From Candidatus Aenigmatarchaeota archaeon (GTDB taxonomy: Archaea; Aenigmatarchaeota; Aenigmatarchaeia; GW2011-AR5), in assembly GCA_016187335.1 (NCBI GenBank), contig JACPJW010000001.1, positions 64,001 to 128,000 on the forward strand: a DNA stretch of 64,000 nucleotides. Direction: 5' to 3'. Under the pieces are notes generated by a model. It was not told the origin of the DNA. It worked only from the letters and a program-made list of their open reading frames with translations, and ran no database searches. Every line of letters starts with the position of its first letter. The first letter of the stretch is position 1. The translations under genes were made by a program, and so were the position numbers. This document shows positions 47,080 to 56,370 of the stretch, piece after piece.

Positions 47080-48153
47080 TTATTCAACAACCACAGGCAT
47101 CCTGTCCAGCATTTCCTTCAGCACGCTTGTCAGCTGGTCCAGCTTCCGCTCAACAGAATCCATCCTTCTTTCTATGGGCGTTGTATCAGGGACCTGTATG
47201 TAGCGAATCTTGTTGCTGATGTTCGCGGAGAACTGCTCGAATTCATCTTTTGTGACAAGCTCCGGGACCTTCCTGTCGAGCGCCCTGGCGAATTCTTCCA
47301 GCCGCCGCGCAATTATCGGGGTTATTTCTGATTCAATCACCGCCGGCCTTTCCTTGTACAGGCCGCTCATTTTCATTTCAGCATCCTTCACTTTCTTCTC
47401 AAGCGAAGACCTGTAGGCGCTCTCGTCCTCCAGGAGCTTTCTGATTTCTTCCAGCTTCTTTGTCTCGTCTTCCAGGGTTTCCATCCTTCTTTCAATATCA
47501 ATAAGGTTTCTGCCGCTGATTTCTTCTTCTATCTTGTCCAGCCTCTTGTGCACCGCCGCGACATCCGTGGCTTCCACCTTCCTCAGGCGCTCCTCAAGGT
47601 CCTTGTCAAACTGGTGCATCCTTTCTGTTGCCTTGTTGTCAAAATCCGTGAGCTTCTCGGTCCTGTTTTTGTCAAATTCGCCGGTTTTGCTGGAAATCTC
47701 CAGCTCTACGCGGTCCAGTTTCTTCCTCAGCTCGTCGGCCGTCTGCTGTATCCTGGAAAAGTCCTGGCTTGCCGCGGCCTGCAGCCTTTCCTCGAATTTT
47801 CCCAGCTCCTCCTTCACGTGCCTTTCAAGCTTGCCGAGCCTTTCCGGGCTTGAAGAAGCCTTCATGTATTCCACGTGCTTCTTCAGTTCGCTGACGTCTC
47901 CGGCAATTTTGGCCTTGTGCTCTTTCAGCTCGCTTATATGCGGCGAGTAGTCCGGAACTGATTCGACATGCGATTTGATTTCACGCAGCTCGTCCTTCAT
48001 CTCCTCGACATCAGTTGCGATTTCATTCATCCTTTCCTTGACGTGCTCGGGCATCTCCGACGATTTTACCTCGCTTTCAAGCCTGTTCATCTCGCTCTTG
48101 ACGTGCAGGGCTATCGCCTTTATTGCCTGCTCGATTTCCCGCTGGTTTGACAT
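47080..48153 (-). CDS. Long coiled-coil protein
   Basis: Heptad-rich E/K/L/M sequence throughout. Confidence 0.75.
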   Translation of the reverse strand: MSNQREIEQAIKAIALHVKSEMNRLESEVKSSEMPEHVKERMNEIATDVEEMKDELREIKSHVESVPDYSPHISELKEHKAKIAGDVSELKKHVEYMKASSSPERLGKLERHVKEELGKFEERLQAAASQDFSRIQQTADELRKKLDRVELEISSKTGEFDKNRTEKLTDFDNKATERMHQFDKDLEERLRKVEATDVAAVHKRLDKIEEEISGRNLIDIERRMETLEDETKKLEEIRKLLEDESAYRSSLEKKVKDAEMKMSGLYKERPAVIESEITPIIARRLEEFARALDRKVPELVTKDEFEQFSANISNKIRYIQVPDTTPIERRMDSVERKLDQLTSVLKEMLDRMPVVVE

Positions 48154-48284
48154 GTTTTTTCTCCTTTATCAAAGTTGAAACGATAGTTCGGTTTCTTTAT
48201 CAGGATGGAATGCTTGGCTTGATTTTTTTCTTTTCTAAGTCGGGAGTTTATGTACCATTTTGCTTAAATTCCCTTCGTTCTTGG

Positions 48285-48974
48285 TTACTTATTTTTCAAT
48301 ATCATCTGGACTTCTTCCAGGATGCTTTTTTCTTCGTCGCGCGGCTTTGTTCTTTCAACCCGCGTCAGTACTTTCGGCGCTTTCTCAAGCCTTTCAATCC
48401 TTTCGTGCAGCTTGGATATTTCCTTTTCGTAGTGCTCTTTCAGCTCGCTTATTTTTTCTTCCCTGCCGTCGGCTGTTTCAGGGGCTTCTGTTTTTTCTTC
48501 GACGCCATGAGATTCCGTTTTTGCTTCCAGGATGCGCACCCTCTCTTCAATCCTGCTTGTTTCCGTATCCTGCGACAGCGAAAGCTGTTCCTCTATGCGG
48601 CTGAGGCGCTCGTTGATGTCGGGAGAAACAACAGCATGTATTGCCGCTTCCTCTGTTCCTGATATTCCTTCCCTCATCTTTGTGTTTTCCAGTTCTATCA
48701 GCAGCAGCAGGTCCTCAAGCTCCTGTATGCGCTCCTTCATGTCCCCGAGAGTTTCCATGCGGTCTTTTCCTTCAATAATAACCGGCTCTTCATCGCCTTT
48801 CTGCTCTGTTTGTTTTGCCCCGGAATGTTTCTGCTGCGGCTGTGCCGGTTTGGGCGGCTGGGCCTGCAGTTTTGTTTCTATAGAAGTAAGGCGTTTTTCC
48901 GTGGCGGAGTAAATGTTCCTGAGCGCGTCCTCAAGCCTTCTGATGCGCTTTTCCATTTCGTTGAGGTCGGGCAT
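48285..48974 (-). CDS. Coiled-coil protein
   Basis: Repeated LEERIxxLE-type segments with low-complexity linkers. Confidence 0.7.
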   Translation of the reverse strand: MPDLNEMEKRIRRLEDALRNIYSATEKRLTSIETKLQAQPPKPAQPQQKHSGAKQTEQKGDEEPVIIEGKDRMETLGDMKERIQELEDLLLLIELENTKMREGISGTEEAAIHAVVSPDINERLSRIEEQLSLSQDTETSRIEERVRILEAKTESHGVEEKTEAPETADGREEKISELKEHYEKEISKLHERIERLEKAPKVLTRVERTKPRDEEKSILEEVQMILKNK

Positions 48975-48986
48975 ACTATTTATTTA

Positions 48987-49691
48987 TCAAAGGGGGTATT
49001 TTAAGTTTGGGAGATTGCTTCGCTTCATGCTTATCCTGAGCCACGCCAGCCAGAAAATAATAACAGCGGTTATCAGCCCCCAGCTCCACACCACGGCGTG
49101 AACCAGAGCAAAATTAGCGATATCAAAAGTGACGACGTACCAGAAAATGAACCATATGCGGCCGATATTTACAAGATAAATAACCGGCGCAAGCAGCAAA
49201 AAGCCCTTTATTTTCGTGCGCAGCGGCAGCTCCGTGGCAAAAATGAGCGCGAACAAAGCAAGAACAGATTTCCATCCGACGCAGTCCCAGTTTATCAGCG
49301 CGCCCCAGCTGCCGTTCTTGACGGCAACGGAAATCACGTTCCCGTAGGCAGCGGGACTGAAGCCTGTTGCCGCAAGCAGTGAAAAGACAATATTGTACGT
49401 TGTATCTATGAGCAATCCTGATTGCCACCCTGTCAGAAGCAGAAAGTAAAGCGGTATAGCAAAAATATTGAACTTGGCAATAAAGCGGAATAGCGGGTAG
49501 TATTTATTCTTCCGGAATTCGTTAAAGACGGAACGGAAAGTTCTGCCCTTAATTCGAGATGCAATACTGACTTTACTTTTCTTGTTTCCAAAGAAGCCGC
49601 CTTTTCCTTCCGCCTTATTTCGCCTAAATCGGCGGCTTCGATTTTCATTAACGATCCTTTTGATCAAACTTTTTGGAAAAGTTTGTTTCAT
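48987..49691 (-). CDS. Archaeosortase/exosortase family protein
   Basis: WDCVGW (Cys), VNIGRI (Arg) and H.VVW (His) in a multi-TM protein; N-terminus repeat-derived. Confidence 0.8.
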   Translation of the reverse strand: MKQTFPKSLIKRIVNENRSRRFRRNKAEGKGGFFGNKKSKVSIASRIKGRTFRSVFNEFRKNKYYPLFRFIAKFNIFAIPLYFLLLTGWQSGLLIDTTYNIVFSLLAATGFSPAAYGNVISVAVKNGSWGALINWDCVGWKSVLALFALIFATELPLRTKIKGFLLLAPVIYLVNIGRIWFIFWYVVTFDIANFALVHAVVWSWGLITAVIIFWLAWLRISMKRSNLPNLKYPL

Positions 49692-50700
49692 ATCTTTGCT
49701 TATAATCGCCCAGCCACGAGATAAAGTTTTTCTTTATCGCGCCGTCCACTGCGGCTTTTTCCGCGACCAGGAAGTCACCAACCTTTTTTACCGCAACAGA
49801 ATCTTTTTCCAGGACAGGAACGTCAGCATCTTCCGTTTTTTCGGCAATGATTGCTTTCGGCATTTTTTTTGCAACAGCAGCAACATCAGCCCTTTTATCA
49901 ACGATTACAATCTTATCCCTCACGTCCGCGCCGGGCTCGTATTCAACGAGGATGTAATAATCCTTTTCCAATCCGGCGGGCAGAGTTTCCTTCTTCATGA
50001 CAGGCCTGCTTTTTGCTATAATGCCGGATATTTTCTTTCTCAGTTCCTCTTCGCGCTTCAGTTCGTAGCCGAGCTGCTTCATTTTCTGCTCCAGTTCTGC
50101 TATTTTCTTCCTAAGCTGGGCATTCTCCTTTTCATAGCGTTCTACCTGTTTTCTCAGCTCTAGAATTGACTTGGAATCAACAAGCCTTGAGACAATCCTT
50201 GTATCTTTCCTCTCTTCCGGCGCCAGCATTTTCAGCGCCTGCTCTATGTTGCTTGCCTCGCCCTTTAACAGCAATTCTTTGACGTCGCCTTTCAGTTCCG
50301 CGAAGCCTTTCCTTTCAAGGATAGTGTCTATTTTTTCCAGAAATGAAGAGAAATGTTTTTTCGCTTCCAGAGCCGCAGCCAGAGCGTCCTGCTCGTGGTC
50401 GTTTGCAAAGGAAAATTTTCTGGTCAGCGTTTCTTTTTGTTCAACAGCCATGTTTTCTTTCGGCACATGAATTCTTGCGCCAAATGTCGCGGCTATTTTC
50501 TTCACGAAGTCCGGCGCGCTTTTCTTGTCCGTGGCGATGATGAGCGGGTCGCCTTTGCTCACAATATAGTCGCAGACCGCAGAGAACGAAAAGTCCTTTC
50601 TGCTGGCAACATCAGCAAGCGATGAATCTATGTCAAGCAGCGCGACAGCCGTGGTCGTGCCGGGGTCTATGCCGACGATGAGCTTCCGGATGGGGATCAC
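49648..50700 (-). CDS. DUF460-like protein (RNase H-like fold plus coiled coil)
   Basis: IVGIDPGTTTAVA, IATDK, NDHEQDALAAA. Confidence 0.8.
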   Translation of the reverse strand: MIPIRKLIVGIDPGTTTAVALLDIDSSLADVASRKDFSFSAVCDYIVSKGDPLIIATDKKSAPDFVKKIAATFGARIHVPKENMAVEQKETLTRKFSFANDHEQDALAAALEAKKHFSSFLEKIDTILERKGFAELKGDVKELLLKGEASNIEQALKMLAPEERKDTRIVSRLVDSKSILELRKQVERYEKENAQLRKKIAELEQKMKQLGYELKREEELRKKISGIIAKSRPVMKKETLPAGLEKDYYILVEYEPGADVRDKIVIVDKRADVAAVAKKMPKAIIAEKTEDADVPVLEKDSVAVKKVGDFLVAEKAAVDGAIKKNFISWLGDYKQRYETNFSKKFDQKDR

Positions 50701-50759
50701 TGAATTAAATTGTCCTGAATGGCTTTAAAAAATTAAGCTGTTTAGTACTGCTGATCAGT

Positions 50760-51140
50760 ATGGGAAGCCTTCAGAAGCTGGAAATGCGCCAAATAGCGCG
50801 GGGTTATACTAGAGATCCTGCAGGATTTATTAAGAGGATGCTCGAGAGCGGAAGGGCAACAACTGAGGATTCAGGCACTGTTATTGCAGGTCGGTTGGGT
50901 CTCTATATGCTGCCAGCGGGAACCGACCCCAATGAGATAATCTCATGGCTTGGGCGCTACAAATCGTTATTCCAAGGAATAAATGCAAGGGGAAATATAA
51001 AGGGCCCTGTCATCTCTGGAGATTCTGGAGTGAAAGTTCAGATAGTCAGACCCGCTCGCGTCGAGAGAACACGATATACGTTCGATGTCGCAAGTGATGG
51101 TGACGGTTTGTATCACATTTCGAATCCTGCATCCGCTTGA
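50760..51140 (+). CDS. Hypothetical protein
   Basis: Open frame filling the gap between convergent-context genes; no motif recognised. Confidence 0.5.
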   Translation: MGSLQKLEMRQIARGYTRDPAGFIKRMLESGRATTEDSGTVIAGRLGLYMLPAGTDPNEIISWLGRYKSLFQGINARGNIKGPVISGDSGVKVQIVRPARVERTRYTFDVASDGDGLYHISNPASA

Positions 51141-51168
51141 AAACCTTCTCCTTATCTTTCTTCTTCGG

Positions 51169-51558
51169 TCACTTCGCCCCCTTAATCAGCACGTTCGCCC
51201 CGAACTTCCACACCAGAATCTCTCCGCCCTCAATGAGCTTGCCTTTTAATTCGTCGGGTATGGGCACCTCGCTCATATCGTAGGTTTCCAGATCCATCAG
51301 CTGAACGTTGTTCCCGGTTATGGCCACGACCTGCATGGACTTCTTCTCGACGATGGGAACGTCGACCTTCGCGCTGCCAGGCTTGACAATGATGCGCTTG
51401 ATGCCGTCGAATATGCCTACCGCCGTCAATCTTGCTTTCGCCGAGCCGTGCTTGCCTGCCTTGCTTATCTGCACGTCCTCGACCCTGCACGGCGCTTCGT
51501 CGATGAGGATGAATCCGCCTTCCTTCAGGTCCTTTATCTCTGTAGAGCGCTTTTCCAT
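51169..51558 (-). CDS. eif5a: Translation factor aIF5A
   Basis: SKAGKHGSAKAR hypusination motif; VQLMDLETY. Confidence 0.95.
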   Translation of the reverse strand: MEKRSTEIKDLKEGGFILIDEAPCRVEDVQISKAGKHGSAKARLTAVGIFDGIKRIIVKPGSAKVDVPIVEKKSMQVVAITGNNVQLMDLETYDMSEVPIPDELKGKLIEGGEILVWKFGANVLIKGAK

Positions 51559-51632
51559 ATCAATCACATATTAAGGAGAAAAAGTCATCTTCAGTTTTAT
51601 TCCAGAATTAAGGATTATATACGGCATTTCAA

Positions 51633-51839
51633 TTACTCCAGCTTCCTGACAACAAACAGCACGTCGTTTTTCATCACAGTGCGGCGATTGGCGTGCTTTG
51701 AGATTTTGACGGCTTTCTCCGCTATTTCCAGGCCGAATTCTTCCACGGCATCCCTCAATTCCTCAACGGCTTCCTTGGAAATGCGCCGCGCGCCCGCTTT
51801 TTTGGCGATGCGCTCAAAGGGATAAAGAGGAAGTGTCAT
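51633..51839 (-). CDS. Archaeal histone (HMf-like)
   Basis: LPLYPFERIAKKAGARRISKEA...HANRRTV...DV. Confidence 0.92.
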   Translation of the reverse strand: MTLPLYPFERIAKKAGARRISKEAVEELRDAVEEFGLEIAEKAVKISKHANRRTVMKNDVLFVVRKLE

Positions 51840-51888
51840 GACAACACTCTAAATTAATGGCAACGCAGGTATAAATTCGTGATCGGCA

Positions 51889-52149
51889 TCAGTCATCAAG
51901 CCAAGCAGTCGCGTTTATCATTAATCCGATTGCAGAAAAAACTGCTGCGTATGCCAAATCAGAAGGCACTGTGTCGGCGTTTCCTGACAGGTATCTGAAG
52001 ACAGCTTTCCCTGCTAATACGGTAGCAGTCGAGTAGAAAGCAAAAGAGCCTGCATAAATAAATGGTTTTCTTTTTACATCTTTCCAACGCGAGGACGATA
52101 TTTCCTTTAGGTGTTCTAATCTTCCCCTGAACTCTGCCATAATCCTCAT
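51889..52149 (-). CDS. Small membrane protein
   Basis: Two hydrophobic segments. Confidence 0.45.
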   Translation of the reverse strand: MRIMAEFRGRLEHLKEISSSRWKDVKRKPFIYAGSFAFYSTATVLAGKAVFRYLSGNADTVPSDLAYAAVFSAIGLMINATAWLDD

Positions 52150-52164
52150 GACGCAGCAAAGTTT

Positions 52165-53136
52165 TTATTTCAGCCTGCGGAGGAAACGGTACGTTATCTT
52201 CGGGTTGAACCAGACCGCGGCGAAACCTGCGACCACAACGAGCCAGTAGGAGATGAAGCGGTCAAGGATTATGGCGGAACCGGCTATGTGCTGCGTCAGC
52301 CCCAGCTGTATCAGGGCCAGGATCATGCCGCCCTCCACCAGGCCCAGGCCCCCGGGCAGCCACGGCACAGCGGACAGGACAAGAAATACTACCCAGATGA
52401 GCACGACGACCTTGAATGAGACCACCTGCCCCAGCGCAAGCAGGACAAGCCACATCCGCGCAAACTCCAGGAACTTCATGGATATGGAAATACCAAGCAC
52501 TGAAAACATGGTCTTCTTGTCGCTGCTCAGCTCATGGAACGAGCCGTAGAAGCGGGCGGCATAATCCCTCTCTTTCAGCACGCCGAACTTCGGTATCTTT
52601 GAGACCGCCCCGACAACGCTGTCAAGCCACTCCCTGTTCGTGCACACCTTGATGAAGACCAGGGTAAGGAATGCGGAGACTGCCAGAAAGACAAGCACTG
52701 CCGGTGACAGCTCGCCAGGTATGTCCTTGTAAAGGAAGAACACAGAAGCTATCACCACTATATATAGGGAGATGACTTCGGCAAGCACGTCCACAGCAAT
52801 CACGGCAGAGCCCTTTTCAGGGGTGATTTTATCCTTCATCATGTAGATTTTGACAGGCTCGCCGCCAAGGCGGGCTAAGGGCGACAAAAAGCCCACGAAC
52901 ATGCCGACCAGCGAGGTGTTGAATGCCTCCAAAAACCCCAGGCGGGCGTATTTCCTGGATATTACCATGAGCCGCAGGGCCGTGAACGCAAGAAGCAGCG
53001 CCTGGATGGACACTGCTATGGCAACAATCCCGAAATTTGCACCCGCCAGGGCCGCCAGAATCTGCTGCAATCCAAAGAATTCAGCTATGAAAATAATCAT
53101 GGCTATGCCAAGAACGAGCAGGGCAGCTTCGAGCAT
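52165..53136 (-). CDS. Lysylphosphatidylglycerol synthase TM / flippase-like protein (UPF0104)
   Basis: SPLARLGGEPVK, PWLPGGLGLVEG, LDRFISYW. Confidence 0.85.
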   Translation of the reverse strand: MLEAALLVLGIAMIIFIAEFFGLQQILAALAGANFGIVAIAVSIQALLLAFTALRLMVISRKYARLGFLEAFNTSLVGMFVGFLSPLARLGGEPVKIYMMKDKITPEKGSAVIAVDVLAEVISLYIVVIASVFFLYKDIPGELSPAVLVFLAVSAFLTLVFIKVCTNREWLDSVVGAVSKIPKFGVLKERDYAARFYGSFHELSSDKKTMFSVLGISISMKFLEFARMWLVLLALGQVVSFKVVVLIWVVFLVLSAVPWLPGGLGLVEGGMILALIQLGLTQHIAGSAIILDRFISYWLVVVAGFAAVWFNPKITYRFLRRLK

Positions 53137-53246
53137 GCTTGGATAATTGAAAGCAGCGTTTTAAACGATATTGTAGGTTAACAAACCATAATAGCGATAG
53201 TGTTGCAGGAAGCGTGCTGTAATGTGCCTGTTGCGTAATTGTTGTT

Positions 53247-53681
53247 TTATTCATTGCTATCTAAATAACTTTCTATTTCAAGAATTGTCTTTACAAGAAT
53301 CTTCGGATAAGCATCTGGTTGGAATAGTGTCGTTATCATTTCTTTTTGTTCATCGTTTAGCACAACAAGATAAACATATTGTGCATCTCTTAATTTCAAT
53401 GCGTGGAAGACCATTGAGTTCATTTCATCTCTTTCTGAATCATCTTCCATGCGGTCAATATAAGCATCTAACCTGAGAAAAAATTCTTTGGCTTTTTCTG
53501 GACTATTAAATTTTTCTTTGAAAGCCTTTTCTGTTTGTGTCGTAACTCGGGCTTTCATTCCGTTATTACTCAAATGATCTAAGAACTTGAGTAGGATTAG
53601 TCTTTCACGACAACTAATTTCTCGTCTTTTGAGTTGTGCAAGTACAGAAGAATGGGGGAAAAATTCTCTCACCGTTGCCAT
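53247..53681 (-). CDS. Hypothetical passenger protein
   Basis: 144-aa AT-rich ORF. Confidence 0.55.
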   Translation of the reverse strand: MATVREFFPHSSVLAQLKRREISCRERLILLKFLDHLSNNGMKARVTTQTEKAFKEKFNSPEKAKEFFLRLDAYIDRMEDDSERDEMNSMVFHALKLRDAQYVYLVVLNDEQKEMITTLFQPDAYPKILVKTILEIESYLDSNE

Positions 53682-53884
53682 TACTCATCACGTTCATCCT
53701 CAGGCAACGCTTTCATGAGCCACTCAGACGGCATGCCCTCTAATTCTTCCCATTCCACGCGGAATACGGGATTGAAAATTTTTTTTACGGCAAAGCCTTT
53801 GTGGTTTTTAAACTGAGCCCTAATCTCGTCTGGTAATTCTTGAATCTTATATACTTCATAGCCAACTAATCCCATATCACTCAC
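53681..53884 (-). CDS. Hypothetical passenger protein
   Basis: 67-aa ORF translationally coupled to the next gene. Confidence 0.5.
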   Translation of the reverse strand: MSDMGLVGYEVYKIQELPDEIRAQFKNHKGFAVKKIFNPVFRVEWEELEGMPSEWLMKALPEDERDE

Positions 53885-54131
53885 CTCACTTTAATTATAT
53901 ATAAATGCTTGTCGCCAAGGGTAATAAAGATTTGTGTCCCAGTGTAATTGCCGTGTAATTCTGACCACAAAGTAAGAAAAGATTGAATACTTGCTGTTAA
54001 TTAGCACCTAAAATTATTTAATATCAAGCTGATAGGGTCAAGTGTCCGAATCGTCATCGTGCATATTTGTAGGTGCTACTGGTAGTGGTGGTAGGGCTGG
54101 TATAGCGCTAGTAGCGCAGGTCAGGAACTAA

Positions 54132-54335
54132 ATGTCAGACAAGACCGCTCAGGCATGGTCTAACGGCTTTCGGGTTTATTACAACTACATCCGTCCGCAC
54201 ACGGGCTTAGACGGGCTGACACCAGCACAGGCAAGCGGTCTTAACCTACCGCTTGAACAGAACAAGTGGCTGAGCCTCATAAAAATGTCAAACCAGCCAC
54301 AAATTGAGGCATCAACAAACGTGCAACAGGGGTGA
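54132..54335 (+). pseudogene. C-terminal fragment of a DDE transposase/integrase
   Basis: GFRVYYNYIRPHTGLDGLTPAQASGL, the typical YNxxRPH...TPA tail; catalytic core missing. Confidence 0.8.
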
Positions 54336-54550
54336 AAAACAGCAAAAAATCAACACTTCCTGCAACAAAGCCATAATAGCATGGTTTTTTATATTTAAAC
54401 CCTAAAAATACCGAAACCTTTAAATACTTTACGCCATAATGTTACCTTTTGTAATATTCCCGTAAATTTTCACTTTTTAGGAGTGAATGGGAATAAAGTG
54501 GGTTGTGGCTTGCAGTTACTAACCTACTTATTGAAGCAAAGGTGTGAAAA

Positions 54551-54790
54551 ATGGGATTAGAAAGCGGAGATTTGTCAGGAGTGCCGGTAATACGAAGCCT
54601 GGAAGAAATGAAGAGATATCTGGCGGAGGGTTCACATCGCGAACCTAGCGATGCTATTGCCGGTGCTTTATTAGAGTTTGTTCTAAACCAAGGTGCAGAC
54701 CCTGCGCATTTGAGGATTGCTTATGCGGGTGGCGCTACAGACGCAATAGGTTCATTATTGGAAGCTCGAGATCAATATAATAAAAGGTGA
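54551..54790 (+). CDS. Hypothetical protein
   Basis: 79-aa ORF immediately upstream of tfb. Confidence 0.45.
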   Translation: MGLESGDLSGVPVIRSLEEMKRYLAEGSHREPSDAIAGALLEFVLNQGADPAHLRIAYAGGATDAIGSLLEARDQYNKR

Positions 54791-54796
54791 TAATCA

Positions 54797-55726
54797 ATGG
54801 CAGCAAAATGTCCTGAATGCGGTTCAAAATACTTTTACGAAGATCCTGAAAAAGCGGAGAAGGTCTGCGCGAAGTGCGGTCTTGTTATTGAGCACAGCAT
54901 GGTCGACACGGGCCAGGACTGGCGCGCCTTCGACCACGACCAGAAAGTCAAGCGCGCAAGAACAGGCGCTCCGCTTACGCACAAGCGTCATGACAAGGGT
55001 TTGACTACAGAGATAGGCAAGGGAGCAACCGAGCTTTTCAAGGTCCCGGCTAAAAAGCGCTCCCAGTTCTTCAGAATAAGAAAATGGCAGAAGCGTTTGC
55101 TTACAAGCAAGGACAGGAACATGTCCTTTGCCCTGTCGGAGCTCCAGAGGCTTGTTTCCTTCCTGGGCCTGCCGAAGACGCTTCACGAGGAAGTCGCGAA
55201 CCTCTACGAGAAAGCCCTGCAGAAGGGCCTTGTTCGCGGAAGAAGCATTGAAAGCATTATTGCCGCTTTAGTTTATGCGCTCGCGCGCGAATACGAGACG
55301 CCAAGGACGCTGACCGAGATTTCACAGGCATCAGGTATAGGCAAGCGCGAGCTTGGCAGGACTTATCGTTACATCTCGCGCAAATTGAGCATCAGAATTC
55401 TCCCGGCGAGAGCGGAAACATACATACCGCGCTTTTCCTCGATGCTGAAGCTTTCCGACCGCGTCCAGATGCGCGCAATAAAGATACTGAAAATCGCCAA
55501 GGAAAAGGACGTGATAAGCGGCAAGGGCCCTACGGGTTGCGCTGCCGCTGCTATTTACATAGCCAGCGTGCTTGAAGGTGAGCGCAAGACCCAGCGCGAC
55601 GTCGCTGACGTAGTCGGTGTGACAGAGGTCACCATACGCAACCGCTACAAGGAGATGGCCGAGGCGCTGGACATTGAGGAAGAGGTAGAGCGCAAAGCCA
55701 AGGAAGAGGAGAAGGCCGAGGTTTGA
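54797..55726 (+). CDS. tfb: Transcription initiation factor IIB
   Basis: CPECG...CAKCG zinc ribbon, DWRAFD, RGRSIE, GKGPTG, VTEVTIRNRYKE. Confidence 0.96.
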   Translation: MAAKCPECGSKYFYEDPEKAEKVCAKCGLVIEHSMVDTGQDWRAFDHDQKVKRARTGAPLTHKRHDKGLTTEIGKGATELFKVPAKKRSQFFRIRKWQKRLLTSKDRNMSFALSELQRLVSFLGLPKTLHEEVANLYEKALQKGLVRGRSIESIIAALVYALAREYETPRTLTEISQASGIGKRELGRTYRYISRKLSIRILPARAETYIPRFSSMLKLSDRVQMRAIKILKIAKEKDVISGKGPTGCAAAAIYIASVLEGERKTQRDVADVVGVTEVTIRNRYKEMAEALDIEEEVERKAKEEEKAEV

Positions 55727-55753
55727 AGCCCTTTTCTTATAAGATGGAAATTT

Positions 55754-56347
55754 ATGAAACTAAGATTGCTAGCCGAAGAAATAACAAAAGCAGAGACTAT
55801 TGAATACTTAGCTGAAGGTGTAAGAAGAGTCGTTCCTGTTCATTTAGATTTTTCGGTAATCGGTGAAAGATATTCTAAAGGTAATGTATGGATGTGCAAT
55901 TTACATCATATAGGTATTAAATTCGTGCCTCCAAATTTAGACGAATACCTGTTAATTCTAACGCATTCACCATTTTCTTACAGGAGGAAAGATATCTCCG
56001 ATCGATTTGAATGGATTGGGAACGCCCACGAAATTAGCTATGCTGGATTATGTGATAATGAAAGTAGAATTCTCATCGTTGGCGGAGACAATTCTCCGAG
56101 TAATGGTAATGTTAAGGTTGCTAGCCATGAAATAGCTCATGCAGTTTTAGGTTATCCCGTAACTTGGGATTTTGAATCTATTCATTGTAAAAATTTTATT
56201 GGTAGCAAAAGATGTGTAATGAATACCGTACAGGAAGTAGGTCAGGGAGTAGGTAGAGACCTCGAAGAATTGTACTTAGGGTTTTGTCAGCCATGCACCG
56301 ATGCAATGAAAGAAGTTGAAAAAAATAAATTCACTCCAAAATCCTGA
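55754..56347 (+). CDS. Zinc metalloprotease-like protein (archaemetzincin-like)
   Basis: SHEIAHAVLG...HC...CVMN...FCQPC; AT-rich. Confidence 0.65.
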   Translation: MKLRLLAEEITKAETIEYLAEGVRRVVPVHLDFSVIGERYSKGNVWMCNLHHIGIKFVPPNLDEYLLILTHSPFSYRRKDISDRFEWIGNAHEISYAGLCDNESRILIVGGDNSPSNGNVKVASHEIAHAVLGYPVTWDFESIHCKNFIGSKRCVMNTVQEVGQGVGRDLEELYLGFCQPCTDAMKEVEKNKFTPKS

Positions 56348-56365
56348 CGTCATCCACGACGCCGT
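56335..56365. repeat. 31-bp perfect direct repeat, copy 1 (att-like duplicate of a gene 3' end)
   Basis: TCCAAAATCCTGACGTCATCCACGACGCCGT, identical to 58321-58351. Confidence 0.9.
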
Positions 56366-56370
56366 GATTT

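Larger units (their letters stand above)
53201..54367. mobile_element. Degenerate IS-like element with 12-bp terminal inverted repeats, two passenger ORFs and a transposase remnant
   Basis: TGTTGCAGGAAG (53201-53212) and CTTCCTGCAACA (54356-54367); CCATAATAGC near both ends; AT-rich interior. Confidence 0.6.

Noticed and set aside
49587-49640. Possible 54-nt BHB intron in the archaeosortase 5' region (GAAGCCGCC/GGCGGCTTC stem)
   Set aside because: The central helix has only 3 of 4 pairs including a G-G clash, there is no real outer helix, and the ORF is open without splicing. Too weak to call.
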